Shown: positions 21,570 to 33,449 of the stretch, piece after piece
How the letters are laid out: every line of letters begins with the position of its first letter
Numbering within the stretch: position 1 is the stretch's first letter
Assembly: GCA_963819945.1 (NCBI GenBank)
Contig: CAWFYD010000004.1
Coordinates: 189,176 to 253,175 of the forward strand
Length of the DNA stretch: 64,000 nucleotides
Reading direction: 5' to 3'
Source of the DNA: an uncultured Acidimicrobiia bacterium
Lineage (GTDB): Bacteria; Actinomycetota; Acidimicrobiia; IMCC26256; JAENVU01
Made by a program: the position numbers and the translations under genes
The notes under the pieces: model-generated
Databases searched by the model: none
Seen by the model: only the letters and a program-made list of their open reading frames with translations
What the model was told of the DNA's origin: nothing

Positions 21570-23121
21570 CTAGCTGCCGACCGCGGCGCCCTCGGCCCGA
21601 GGATCGGTGCCGACGGCGTAGCCGTGCTCTCCCACCGCGATCGCGTGCGCGTGACCCATCCCGGGGTCGAACGCGCCGGTCTCGATGATCTCGTGGCCAC
21701 GCGTCGCGAGATCGGCGACGACCTCGGGATCGGCCCGTTCCTCGATGCGCAGCTTCCAGTCCAGCGGCTCGACGCGCCAGCGGGGCGCGTCGATCGCGAC
21801 CTGCGGATCGGCGCCGTCGTCGACGATCTGGGTGAGCAGCTGCGCGTGGACCTGCGCCTGCGCGTCGCCACCCATCGAGCCGAACACGAGGCTCGGCCTC
21901 GCGTCCTGGAGGACCATCGCGGGGATCAGCGTGTGCATCGGCCGCTTGGACGGGGCCATCGAGTTGACCCGGCTCTCGTCCAGCGTGAACGACGAGCCGC
22001 GGTTGTTGAGGTTGATGCCCCACTCCGGCACGTGCACGCCGGATCCGAAGCCGAGGAAGTTCGACTGGATGAGGCTGACGAGCAGGCCGTCGCCGTCCGC
22101 GGCGCAGAGGTACGCGGTGCCACCCCGCTGCGGGTGCCCGGCGTCGGGAGTTTGGGCTCGTTCCATGTCGATCGCGGCCCGGCGGGAACCGATCCAATCG
22201 TCGGTGAGGAGCGTCTCCGGGGTGATCATCACGTGGGCCGGGTCGGTGACGTGGTCGTCGCGGTCCACCAAGGCCATCTTCACCGCTTCGATCATGAGGT
22301 GCGCCCGTTCGGCCGGCTCGAGTGCGCGCAGGTCGAAGCCGTCGAGGATCCGCATGATCTCGAGCACCGTGACCCCCTGGGTGGGGGGCGGCAGCTCGGC
22401 GATCTCGACGTCCCGGTAGCGCGCGTACATCGGCGGTGCCCACTCGCCGGCGTGCACCGCGAGGTCCGCGGCTTCCATGAGCCCGCCGCCCCGTTGCAGC
22501 GCCGCGGCGATCGCGTCGGCCACCACGCCCTGGTAGTACGCGTCGGGCCCGCCCTCGGCGAGCAGCTCGATGAGCCGGGCGAGCGCCGGTTGGCGCAGCA
22601 CGTCACCCGCTTCGAGCGCGCCGTACACCGCCTGCCAGTCGTCGAGACCGCGGTAGAGCCCGCGGAACGCGAGGCACGAGAACGCGCCCATCTCGGTGAG
22701 CTCGAATCCGTCGCGGGCGTAGCGGATCGCGTCGCGAGCGAGATCACCGAACGGCCGGGTGCCCGAACCGTTCCAGCAGGTCGAACCAACCGGCGATCGC
22801 GCCCGGCACCGTCACCGAGTGCGGGCCGACGAGGAGCGGATCGTCGCCGAGCAGCTCCGTCACCCGTTCGAGCGACGCGTTGGCCGGTGATCGCCCCGAA
22901 CCGAGATAGCCGTGCATCTCGCCGTCCCACACCATGGCGAAGAGGTCGCCGCCGTACCCGCAGAGGTACGGCGCGACGACACCGAGCGCGAGGTTGGCGG
23001 CGACGATCGCGTCGACGGCGTTCCCACCCCGGGCCAGCTCCGCGGCACCCGCGCCCGACGCGAGATAGTGCGGGGTGGCCAGGCCGGCCCGCGGGAAGCG
23101 AGCGGCGTCCCCTCTCGTCAC
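21570..23121 (-). CDS. ggt: Gamma-glutamyltransferase family protein, frameshifted
   Basis: TPHYLAS...GGNAVDA, VTVPGA, GGTAYLCAAD (Thr nucleophile), KRPMHTLIP, GSMGG, DPRAEG. Confidence 0.9.
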
Positions 23122-24036
23122 GCTTGTTCGACGTCGGCGGAGTTCGGTGGACGCGGCCCGACCGAGCGCGGCCAGCACGGCCTCGTCGTCCGTCGGCGAT
23201 GCCACCCTTCACCGGGTCCTCGAGGAGCCGCTTCACCTGCTTGATGCCGTAGCCCGCGTACAGGCCGTCTTCGATGCGCTCGTCGAAGCTCCATCGGATC
23301 AGTCGCGATGCGCTTGCGCTCGAGCCGGCCGGAGTCCGGGTTCGGGATCTGCTCGGCCCGCGCCCGCCCGAGCACGCCGAACGTCCCGACGTTGCCGTAC
23401 TCGTAGAGGTGGTGGAACACCGGGTCGAGACCGAGGCTGCCGAGGTCGGTCAGGAACATCGAGGCGTAGAGCGGGTCGTTGTCGATGAACGACTTCGGGA
23501 ACATGCCGTAGGCCTCGAGCAGCGGGTACGCGGCGAAGACGAGGCGCCGCAGGAAGCCCGGCAGCATGAGGACGAGCTTGAGCTCGCCGTCCACCGTGTT
23601 CTTGCCGCCGCTGAACTTCGCCGTGTGCAGCTGCTCCTCCATCGCCGCGACCATCGCGGCGAACGACTCGTCGGGATCGAACTCCCGCTTCAGCACGATC
23701 AGCGGCGCGCCCTTCTGCATCCGCTGCTTGGCCGAGTACGAGATCCAGATCCCCTTGCGCTGGTACAGGCGACCGCCGGCGATGAACCGGTTGACGTTCG
23801 GGAACTCCACCAGGCCCTGGCGACACGGCCCAGAGCAGCACGTGGAGCAGCGTGGTGCGCGACTCGGGATGCGCTTCGTTGAACGCCCGCACGAACCGCT
23901 CCGCGTTGCCGACGTCGATGCGCTGCTCGAAGTACACCGTGGACTCGTTCCGAGTCCGCATGACGTACGGCATGATCCGCCGCAGATCGGGCACGTCGCG
24001 CACCAGATCCGCATCGGGGCGGCGCCACCAGACCAC
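23118..24036 (-). CDS. 2-oxoacid dehydrogenase acyltransferase-fold protein without a lipoyl domain, frameshifted
   Basis: RRIMPYVMRTRNESTVYFEQ, NRFIAGGRLYQR, FLTDLGSLGL..VFHHLYEYG, WSFDERIEDG. Confidence 0.75.
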
Positions 24037-24141
24037 GTTCGAACCCTAGTCGCTCGAGTCGTTCGACGACGCGGCAACAAACCGCCCGAACGGCGCGCCC
24101 GATCGGGTACCCGGTGGTCACCGGCCGGGTAGCGTCCGGCC

Positions 24142-25361
24142 ATGCGCATCCTCGTCGTTGGTGCAGGAGGGGTCGGCGCCGCGATCGCGTCGATCGCGGC
24201 GCGTCGGGACTTCTTCGAGCACATGGTCCTCGCCGACGTCGATCTCGCCCGGGCCGAGCGCGCCGTGGCCCGCGTGGCGGACGGTGGCCGGTTCGCCGCG
24301 GCCCGCGTCGATGCCTCCGACCCCGCGTCGGTCGCCGCGCTCGCCCGGGAGGTCCGAGCCGACGTCGTCGTCAACGCCTGCGACCCGCGGCTCAACCCGC
24401 CGATCTTCGACGGTGCGTTCGCGGCCGGCTGCACGTACCTGGACATGGCGATGCACCTCTCGCAGCGGCATCCCGAGCGGCCGTACGAGGAGACCGGGGT
24501 CAAGCTCGGCGATGCCCAGTTCGCGGTCGAGCGACCAGTGGAGCGAGCGCGGTGCGCTCGCGCTGGTCGGCATCGGGGTGGAGCCGGGACTCTCGGACGT
24601 GTTCGCCCGCTACGCCGCCGACCATCTGTTCTCGGCGATCGACGAGGTGGGGATCCGCGACGGCGCCAACCTCGTCATCGACGGCTACGACTTCGCGCCG
24701 ACGTTCTCGATCTGGACCACGATCGAGGAGTGCCTCAACCCGCCGGTGATCTGGGAGCGGGACCGCGGCTGGTACACGACCGCGCCGTTCAGCGAGCCCG
24801 AGGTGTTCGACTTCCCGGAGGGGATCGGCCCGGTCGAGTGCGTCAACGTGGAGCACGAGGAGGTGCTGCTCGTCCCCCGCTGGGTCGACTGCGAGCGGGT
24901 CACGTTCAAGTACGGGCTCGGCGACGAGTTCATCGCGGTGCTGCAGGCGCTCCACAAGACGGGCCTCGACCGCACGGAGAAGATCCGGGTGCGCGACGTC
25001 GAGGTGGCGCCGCGCGATGTGGTGGCCGCGTCGCTGCCCAACCCGGCGGAGCTCGGCGAGCTGATGCACGGCAAGACCTGCGCCGGCACCTGGGTCACCG
25101 GGACCGGCGTCGACGGCCAACCCCGGGAGGTCTACCTCCACCACGTCGTCGACAACCAGTGGTCGATGAAGGAGTACGGCCACCAGGCCGTGGTCTGGCA
25201 GACCGCCGTCAACCCGGTCGTGGCCCTCGAGCTCCTGGCGGGCGGCGTCTGGACCGGCACCGGCGTGCTCGGGCCCGAGGCGTTCGACGCCGTCCCCTTC
25301 CTCGACCTGCTCACCGAGCTCGGCTCGCCGTGGGGGCTCGAGGAGCGGACGCCCGAAATAG
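24142..25361 (+). CDS. Saccharopine dehydrogenase family protein, frameshifted
   Basis: MRILVVGAGGVG (Rossmann fold), GVEPGLSDVF, FSIWTTIEECLNP, NVEHEEV, GVLGPEAF; likely stop TAG at 25359-25361. Confidence 0.88.
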
Positions 25362-25426
25362 GCCCGGAGACATGGGCCTCCGCGGCCTGCGCAGCGGCCG
25401 ACCGGAGAACATTCTGCGAATCATCG

Positions 25427-25454
25427 GGTTTGGGTCCTGAGGCACTGCGGGTAT
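25427..25454 (+). promoter_or_regulatory. SigF/SigB-type stress promoter
   Basis: GGTTT-N17-GGGTAT matches the actinobacterial SigF consensus. Confidence 0.6.
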
Positions 25455-25459
25455 GCACT

Positions 25460-25540
25460 GCTCCGGAGGCCCTAAAGCCCCCTCAAGCGAGTTGATGCCC
25501 TGTCGTGGAACCCTGCCCTTCACTACAGGGCGTCCTCGCG
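25460..25540 (+). ncRNA. Candidate small RNA with a C-rich-loop hairpin
   Basis: GATGCCCTGTCGTGGA-ACCCTGCCC-TTCACTACAGGGCGTC stem-loop (25494-25534) downstream of the SigF-type promoter; no convincing ORF. Confidence 0.4.
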
Positions 25541-25572
25541 TCCGGAGCCGGTGCCGGCTCGACGAGCTGGGA

Positions 25573-25811
25573 TCAGGCGGCGCCGAGCACCTCGTCCACC
25601 ACCGCGTCGGCGAGCCGCACCGCGCCCTGCTCGGCCAGCTCGGTGATCACGTGCCGGGCACCGCCGCGCCGCCACCAGATCGCCACCAGGACGGACAGCC
25701 CCAGGGCGACGAGGAGCGACGGCGACGAGGGTCATGAGGACCTTGCGGTGCCCGCCGCCCCCGCTCGGTCTCGTCGTAGCTCGGCTCGGTCACGTTCGCC
25801 GCGTCAGTCAT
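25573..25811 (-). CDS. Small single-TM hypothetical protein, frameshifted
   Basis: MTDAANVTEP...LVAVALVALGLSVLVAIWWRR...DEVLGAA; TAGCGT hexamer upstream. Confidence 0.55.
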
Positions 25812-25986
25812 GCCGCCCACGCTAGCGCCGAAGAAATATGCAAGGGATCGAGCGCGCCCGAACGTCTGAACCAGTGATGGTGCAGGATTCGGTGGTGTCT
25901 TCGGGGGTAGGCGGGTCACGGGTGCGTGAGTCTCGGGCTGTCGGAACGACCGGACGTCGCCGACCGCGCGAACGGCCACCGCGCCG

Positions 25987-26431
25987 ATGACGTTCGCCGA
26001 GTGCTACCGCGACCTGCGGCCCGAGATGGTCCGGCTCGCGACCCTGATGACCGGCTCGTCTGAGACCGCCCAGGATCTGGTGCAGGACGCGTTCGTCCGG
26101 CTGCACGGCGCGTGGAACCGGGTCCAGGAGCCTCGTTCGTACCTCCGTCGCGCGGTGGTGAACGCGTGCCACTCGCACCACCGACGGCGCGGGCTCGAAC
26201 GGCGTCACGCGTCGACGGCCGAACCCGTGCCCGAGCGCCGCGCTCGAAGCCGACGAGCTCGCCGACGCGCTCGACGCGCTCCCCTACCGGCAACGGGCCG
26301 CGCTCGTCATGCGGTTCTACGCCGACCTCTCGGACATCGACATCGCCGCCGCACTCCGGTGCCGGCCCGGCACCGTCGCGTCCCTGATCCACCGTGGGCT
26401 CGAGCAGCTCAGAAGGGTGATCGAACGATGA
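25987..26431 (+). CDS. ECF RNA polymerase sigma factor (SigE-like), frameshifted
   Basis: MVRLATLMTG...AQDLVQDAF...YLRRAVVN; region 4 LPYRQRAALVMRFYADLS...GTVASLIHRGL. Confidence 0.9.
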
Positions 26432-27839
26432 GCGACCTCGAACGAGACCTCCGGAACCTCCTGCACGACCGCGCCGACGACTGCGGTCACCACGCCCCGG
26501 CGACTGGCAGGACCTCACGGTGCGCATGGCCCGGCGCAACAAGCGGTCCCGGCGCGTGCTGGCGACCGGGCTCGTCGCCGCGCTGCTGGTGGGCCGCTCG
26601 CGGGTTTCGCCGTGGCCCGCGCGGTCGAGGACGCTGAGCCCGGCGGGCGCGTCACCGCCGCGGGCCCGGGCGACGCGGGCGCGGGCGAGCAGCATCAGCA
26701 CCGGCGAGGACGAGCGATGGCCGTGGCCGCGGCGAACGGCGCTGCAGATCCTCGTGCCCGGCACCAAGCTCGACAAGCTGTTCCGTCGCACCACCAGCGA
26801 CGGCGTCGTCATCCGTGGCGCTACATCAGCCAGTTCGACGGCAACAACTGCCAGGGCGACGGATGGTGCCCGCCGGCCGATTGCTTCCCCGACGCGATGG
26901 TGACCGGCGAGCTCAGCACCGAAGCCGCGGTCGGCTACGCCAACGGCGCGCACTACGGCGGTGACGCTCCCGCACTGCGGGTCACCGGCGGCGGGGTGTT
27001 CGGCGCAAACGGCGAGGGCCCGCCGGTCCGATTCATCGTGGCCCAGTCCGGCAACGGGGTCGAGAAGGTTCGCGTGTCGTTCGAGGGCGGCGGGCACGAC
27101 GAGATGGCCCCGGTCGACGGTGTCGTGCGTCCTCGCGGCCCCGGCCGACACGGACAAGGCGGGCGGGACCGTCGAGGCGCTCGACGGCGACGGCAACGTG
27201 GTCGGCCACGCCGACGCGAGCCAGGCGGTGGGAACCGCGATCGTCGGCACCAGCCGTTCTCCGTCGCGGCCGACGACGCCAGCTGCCAGATCTCCAACGA
27301 CGGGACCGCCGGCGAGGGCGAAGTGACGCCGACGACCACGCTCCCGCCCGGGGCGAGCACCGGCATCGCGGTGCAGCCGCCCACGTCGCCCGGCGCCACG
27401 AGCGACGACCCGATCGCGGTGCCCGCTGCACCCCGCCGCCGCCGTCACTGCCCGCAGCCGGGCGAGCAGCCGGCTGACGCGGCCGGCGCCCGGGCCGAGA
27501 TCGAGCACGCCTTCGCCACGGCGTACAACGGCGGGCTGGGCAGCGACGCCGAGAAGCGGGCCGTGGTCGAGGACAGCGACGTCGCTGCAGTCGGCGATGG
27601 AGGCGATCCGGACCGGCAGCTTCGCCCAGCAGGTGAAGGACGCCACGGCGGTCGTCACCGACGTCGTGTTCACGAGCCCGACCGAGGCCGCGGTCCGCTA
27701 CGACATCAACGTGGCGAACTACACCAACTTCACGGACCGGATCGGCCGGGCGCTGCTCATCGACGGCCGCTGGAAGGTCGCCCGGGTGACGGTGTGCGCC
27801 GACATCGCACTCGCCGGCGGTCCGTGCCCGTCCGCGTAG
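26428..27839 (+). CDS. Probable anti-sigma / membrane-anchored extracytoplasmic protein, frameshifted
   Basis: ATGA overlap with the sigma gene; MSDLERDLRNLLHDRA, a TM segment, C-terminal GRALLIDGRWKVARVTVCADIALAG. Confidence 0.6.
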
Positions 27840-27850
27840 AGTGAGCGGCC

Positions 27851-28263
27851 GTGGCCGTCGGACCCGACGGAGTTCATGCACCGTGCGATGCCGTTCGGCA
27901 AGGAGATGGGCATGCGCGCGGTTGCGCTCGAGCAAGCAGGCGGTGATCCTCGAGCTGGACTGGGCGCATGAGCTGACGACTGTCCGGGGACATCCTCCAC
28001 GGCGGCGCGGTGATGGCGCTCGCCGACGCCGCCGGCGGGTGTTGCGCCTTCATCCATCTGCCGGAGGGCGCGGCGGGCACGGCGACGATCGAGTCCAAGA
28101 CGAACATGCTGCGAGCGGTGCGCTCCGGGACGATCCGGGCCAGCTCGACGGTCCTGCACTGCGGGCTCGTCGACGATCGTCGTCGAAACGGAGATCCGCG
28201 ACGACCAGGATCGACTCGTCGCCAAGACCACGCAGACGCAGGCGGTCCTCGCAGCCGTCCTGA
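27851..28263 (+). CDS. PaaI family (hotdog-fold) thioesterase, frameshifted
   Basis: ILHGGAVMALADAAGG...TATIESKTNMLRAV...LVAKTTQTQAV. Confidence 0.85.
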
Positions 28264-28273
28264 AGCGGCGGCG

Positions 28274-29400
28274 TTACGGGATCAGCTTGTAGACGACACC
28301 GGCGCTCCCGGCGACCGCGTACAGCTCACCGCTCGGGTCCTGCCCGAAGCTCGTGAGGTTCGGGACCTTGATCCCGAGCGCCTTGCTCTGCGTGATGACT
28401 CCCCCGGACTGCACGGCGCGCGTAGATCACGCCCGTGCAATAGTCGCCGTAGACGTACGCGCCCTGGAGCTTCGGGATCTTCGTGCCGCGGTAGACGTAG
28501 CCGCCGGTGATCGCGCAGTCACCCGTCGCGTGCGACCGCTCGAGGATCGGGTCCCGCACCCCGGGCGGTGCCGTCCCGGTATACGGGTGCGCACCCTCGC
28601 GACGGTTCCAACCCCAGTTGATCCCCGACTGCCCCGCCGGCGCGTAGTCGATCTCCTCCCACGCGCTCTGGCCGACATCACCGATCCACGACGTCGCCGG
28701 TCAGCTGGTCGAACGAGAAGCGCCACGGGTTCCGCAGCCCGTACATCCAGATCTCACCGCGTGCGCCCGGGACACCGACGAAGGGGTTGTTCGACGGGAC
28801 CGAGTACGCCGGCGTAGAAGTTCTGGACCGGGTTGATGCGCAGGATCTTGCCGAGGAGGGTGTCCAGGCGCTGCCCGTTGCCCTGCGGGTCGCCGCCGCC
28901 GCCGCCGTCGCCGAGCCCGACGTAGAGCATCCCGTCCGGGCCGAAGGTGACTTCGCCGCCGTTGTGGTTGGCGAACGGTTGGGCCACCGAGAGGATCTGG
29001 CGTCGCGACTTCTTGATCGCCTTGCGCCCGTTCATCGGGTACTCGTCGACCTTCGTCGTACCCGCCCGGTCGGTGTAGTCGACGATGACCTTCGTGCCGT
29101 TCGCCGTGAACGTGAAGCCGAGCAGGCCCGCGCTCGCCGCCCGCTCGAGGTCTTCAGGTTCATGACGTTCCTGGTGCGTTTCGGGCTGACGACGGTCCGG
29201 AGCCGGCCGCCCTGCTCGGCCACGTACATCTGCGAGTCACCGGCTCGCCACGCCAACGCCACCGGACTCTTCAGCTTCGTCGCGACGGGCTGCAGACCCA
29301 CGTGCACGGTGTTCAGATCCGCCGCGCCCGCCGCGGAGATCGGGAGCGTCAGCGTTGCCGCCACGACGCCCACCCCAGCGAGGATCCCCCATCGACGCAC
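28274..29400 (-). CDS. PQQ-dependent sugar dehydrogenase (glucose/sorbosone dehydrogenase family), secreted, frameshifted
   Basis: Signal peptide; QPFANHNGGEVTFGPDGMLYVGLGDGG, LGKILRIN, YGLRNPWRFSFD, ITGGYVYRG, YGDYC. Confidence 0.9.
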
Positions 29401-29409
29401 GGCGAGACC

Positions 29410-30991
29410 CTACCCGGGGAGCACCGCCGTGGCCTCGGCCTCGTCGCGCCCGGCCTCATCACCCTCGGTTCGGCCACCCTCGGCGCGACGCGCGCGCAAC
29501 CACTGCACCAGGCCCGCCAGCACCACGAGCGCCAAGACCAGCGCGACCGGATCCGTCTCGAACCGGAACCGGTTGTTCTCGCCGACGTCCGAGAACGTGT
29601 TGACGAACACGCCATACGCCAACACGAGCCACAGGTAGAGCACCACGACCCCGCGGCGATCCGGTGCATTCCACCCTCGCCACGCGACGAACGGCGCGCC
29701 GATCAGGCCCAGCGCGTAGACGAGCAGCACCATCAGCGAGAAGTTGCCGGCAGTCGGAATCGGGACGTTGCCACTGCGGGCCTTTCCCGGACCGGGGAGC
29801 GTGTAGCCGAGAAACCCGTCGGCCTTGTACGCGTCGGGCTGCCAGAGCACGAAGCGGTCGTAGAAGCGCTGGACGCTCGCCGATCTTGGCCGCGCCGTCG
29901 GCCAACCAGTAGTACTGGTTCGCGGGCAGCAGCTCGAAGCGCAGACCGAGCTCACCGCTGTCGACCAACGCGCCGGGATGCGACTGCCAGTAGTCGAGGA
30001 CCGCGCTGAGGTACTGGTCCGATACCTCGGGATACACGCGGTGGTTGAAATTGACCCCACCGTTCTCCGAGCGGATCGTCCGATCGAGCACCGCGACTCC
30101 GGTCTTGTCCGGCTGCGCGAACCGCCGGTACTTCGACGGTCCGGAGAACGGCTTCACGCCGAGGATGGGCTTGATCTCGCCGTTGGCTCGGAGCTCGCGC
30201 GATCTTGTCCGGGCCTTCCGAGAGGTACACGGTCCGTGCGAGGTTCATGCCGAGCCAGCTGCTGGACGAGAAGGTGTCGAACATCACGAGGTTCTTCGCG
30301 TACCAGAGCGTGACGACGAGAATCGGCAGCGCCGCGATCAACAGCACCTGCCGGGCGCGCAGCGGCGACATCCAGGCGACGAGCCCCGCGATCGCGATGA
30401 GGAACACGAGGTGGTAGCTGCTGCGCGTCAGCAGGACGACCGCGAGGACGACGAAGAACGCGACGGCGTAGCGCTGCTGCTGCGTGCGGAAGAAGAGCAG
30501 GAGGAACAGGCCGGAGGCGCAGAGGAGCACCGCGACGGGATACGCGTAGTGGAACCAGTTCTCGTACAACACCGTGGTCGGGCCGACGATGAAGATCAGC
30601 GGTGGCAGCGAAGGCCACGTTCCGGTTCACGCCGAGCCCGGCCGAGAGCGCGTACAAGGCGTACGTGAGCAGCGCGCCGAGCGCCACGAACGTCACCGTG
30701 TAGACGGGCTTCTGCAACGAGCTCGGCAGGTGCAGGACGAGCCCATAGAAGAGGTTGAACAGCGGAGGCTGGCTGTGAAGATGGACGATGCTGTCGACCA
30801 GATCGCCCTTCAGGACGCGGCCGTCCAGGAAGATCCAGGTGCGCCAGGTGGACCGGGTGTCGAAGCCGATGCCGGCCAGGCGGTAGGCGATCCGGGACAG
30901 GACGAACAGCCCGAGCAGCGTGGGTACCCGCCAGTCCCGCGGTCGGAGGCACCGATCGCGTGCCCGGAGCTCGAGCCCCTTCCTCGTCCAC
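29410..30991 (-). CDS. Polytopic membrane protein, possibly a GT-C-fold glycosyltransferase, frameshifted
   Basis: HLHSQPPLFNL, YENWFHYAYP, WYAKN...SSSWLGMNL, GENNRFRFETDP; many TM helices. Confidence 0.6.
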
Positions 30992-31131
30992 CCCCGCGAC
31001 CCCTTCGCAGCCGATCCCCGCGTACCGGACGGCCGGCGGCAGCAGAGTAACCGAGCACCGATGACCGCGGTCCGCGGCTCGACGGCCGCTCGCGGCGAGA
31101 GCACCCGGATGGTTCGCCGTAAGATCGGGCG

Positions 31132-32309
31132 GTGACCGCGCACGAATCGGCCCAGGTCGCGGGCATCGACCGGCCGGTTCGGATGCTGGGTCGCTCGCTC
31201 CCGCTCGACGGCCTGCGAGCGATCGCGGTGCTGCTCGTCGTCTTCTTCCACGCCCGGCTGACCAAGATCGGGCTCCCCCGCCACAACCCCTTCGACGAGG
31301 TCGTCCGCGGCGGGTTCATCGGCGTCGACCTCTTCTTCGTGCTGAGCGGGTTCCTGATCACCGCGCTCCTGCTCCGCGAGCAGGCCGAGAGGCCGAAGGT
31401 CCGCATCGGGCACTTCTACGGCCGGCGGATCCTGCGGTTGCTCCCCGCCCTGTACCTCGTGCTGCTCGTCCACGCGATCTTCGTGTACTCGGTGCACTTC
31501 CACATCGAGGGCGGCGCCCGCTCCGAGATCGCGACCCTGCTCTCCGCGGTCTTCTACTACGCCAACTGGCACACCCTCGTGCAGGACCATGTCGGTCTGG
31601 CCGGGCTCGGCCACCTCTGGTCACTGTCGATCGAAGAGCAGTTCTACTTCGTCTGGCCGCTGCTCCTCGCGGTGTTCTTCGGGCTCCGTCGCAACATCGT
31701 GATGGTGGGTGCCGTCCTGTGCGTCGCGATCGTCGGCATCAGCCTGCACCGCGCGCTGCTGTGGAACTCCTACGGCTGGGGTGACGCCTACTACCGGACG
31801 GATGCGCGCATCGATGCATTGCTCATCGGCGCGCTGCTCGCGTCGCTCTGGGTTCGCGAGCTACACCCCGCGCCGGGGTCTCGCGCCCGCAGCGTGGGTC
31901 GCGCTCGGTGTCGTCTTCTTCTGCACGCTTGGCCGCGCGCGCGAACGAAGGGTTCTGGAACGGGTTCGGCTTCACCGTCGTCGCGCTCGCGACCGCGGTC
32001 ATCATCCTCGCGGCCGTGGACTCGAACTGGTCGGTGAACCGGTTCTTGAGCCTGTCACCGATGGTGGCGGTCGGGCGGGTGTCGTACGGGATCTACCTCT
32101 GGCACTTCCCCGTGTTCTGGGCCGTCGGCCGGTGGGGCCGCAGCTGGCCGGACGTGGTGCGGATCTCCGTGGCGTTCGGCCTCACCGCGTTGTTCACCGT
32201 GCTGTCGTGGAACCTGCTCGAGAAGCCGATCATGCGCTGGGGCCGCAACCGGCTCGAGCCCCGCAAACCCGTCGCCGAGACCCCGCCGAGCGCCCCCGCG
32301 ATCGGCTGA
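31132..32309 (+). CDS. Acyltransferase family 3 (OafA-like), frameshifted
   Basis: LDGLRAIAVLLV, GVDLFFVLSGFLIT, HLWSLSIEEQFY, GRVSYGIYLWH, EKP. Confidence 0.92.
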
Positions 32310-32318
32310 GCGCCTCGC

Positions 32319-33296
32319 TCAGTCACCCCAGGCGAGGTTCGACAGCTGTCGCCAGGCATGGCTGGTGTCTCGGGTCTCGTCGTGTGGCGTTCGGAAGACA
32401 TGGAGGTGCGCGGCGAGATCGGAGAGCGTCCAGGCATTCCGATACAGCGCGATCGCCTCTCCGTCCACCGCACGCCCGGTGCGCTGCGAATAGCGAGCAA
32501 GCGCACTCTCGTCGCGGCTCAGGAACCAGAGATCGCGCTCCGCCGGCGCGAGCCCGACCGTGTCCCAGTCGATCAGGCGAAGTCCCGCGTCGGTCCACAC
32601 GAGGTTGCCCGGATGCGGTTCGCCATGGGTGACCACCAAGTCCTCCGCGGTGGCCGCGAGACCGGTCATGCGACGCGCGGCGCGCTCGATCAGGGCTCCG
32701 GCATCGGCTTCATGATCGAGGAGCCAGTGACGTACCGGCTCGCCGTACGGACCGGCGGTCCACGGATCGTGGGCCTGCTCGAGCGCGTCGCGAATCTGTT
32801 GCTGCGAGCGGCGGATGGGATCGAAGCCGAGCGAGCACGCTGGCGCGCCGGGAGGCAGCGCCGTGGTGTGCAGCGCGGCGAGTACGTCGACGAGTGCGGC
32901 GCGATCGCTTGCGTCCATATCGTCGGCGAAGTCGCCGGCGCGGCCCTCGACGTACGGGAAGAGGGCGATCGTGTACCGCTCCCCGAGGCGACGGACCGGC
33001 GCTCCCCCGGCCGAAGTCACCGGACCGACGACGAAGTCGAGCCCGCTCGACTGCAGGATGCGCGCCGTGCCGAAGGCACAGCACAGCACGCCGAACGCAG
33101 CCGGACGGGTCCCGGCGACGCCGTCCAGGTCGTCGACGGTGACGAACCACCGCTCACCACGCGTGGAGTTGACCGCCCAGTGATGACTCCCGAAGCCCTT
33201 CGGCACGTACTCGACGTCTCCGACCGTGATCCCCCACCCATCGAGCACCGCGTGACGGAGCATGTCGTCAGTGATGTCGGGAGGCCGGGACTCCAT
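32319..33296 (-). CDS. Aminoglycoside phosphotransferase / choline kinase-like family protein
   Basis: YVPKGFGSHHW, VVTHGEPHPGN, LIDWD, PAERDLW. Confidence 0.85.
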   Translation of the reverse strand: MESRPPDITDDMLRHAVLDGWGITVGDVEYVPKGFGSHHWAVNSTRGERWFVTVDDLDGVAGTRPAAFGVLCCAFGTARILQSSGLDFVVGPVTSAGGAPVRRLGERYTIALFPYVEGRAGDFADDMDASDRAALVDVLAALHTTALPPGAPACSLGFDPIRRSQQQIRDALEQAHDPWTAGPYGEPVRHWLLDHEADAGALIERAARRMTGLAATAEDLVVTHGEPHPGNLVWTDAGLRLIDWDTVGLAPAERDLWFLSRDESALARYSQRTGRAVDGEAIALYRNAWTLSDLAAHLHVFRTPHDETRDTSHAWRQLSNLAWGD

Positions 33297-33329
33297 CCGC
33301 AGACGCTGAGCGCGCGTATCATCCGGAGC

Positions 33330-33449
33330 ATGAAGCGTGTGATCGTGACAGTGTTGGTGGTCCTCTCGCTCGTGGGTGCGAGCGCATGCACGAAGAACAA
33401 CCGAGAGGAGTTCTGCAAAAACCACCCCAACAACGTGAAGTGCCGCTAG
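33330..33449 (+). CDS. Small putative lipoprotein (39 aa)
   Basis: MKRVIVTVLVVLSLVGASAC lipobox; TATCAT hexamer 7 nt upstream, consistent with a leaderless start. Confidence 0.55.
   Translation: MKRVIVTVLVVLSLVGASACTKNNREEFCKNHPNNVKCR

Noticed and set aside
32319-33296. A definite antibiotic-resistance gene
   Set aside because: The motifs establish only the APH/choline-kinase superfamily; the substrate cannot be read from the sequence
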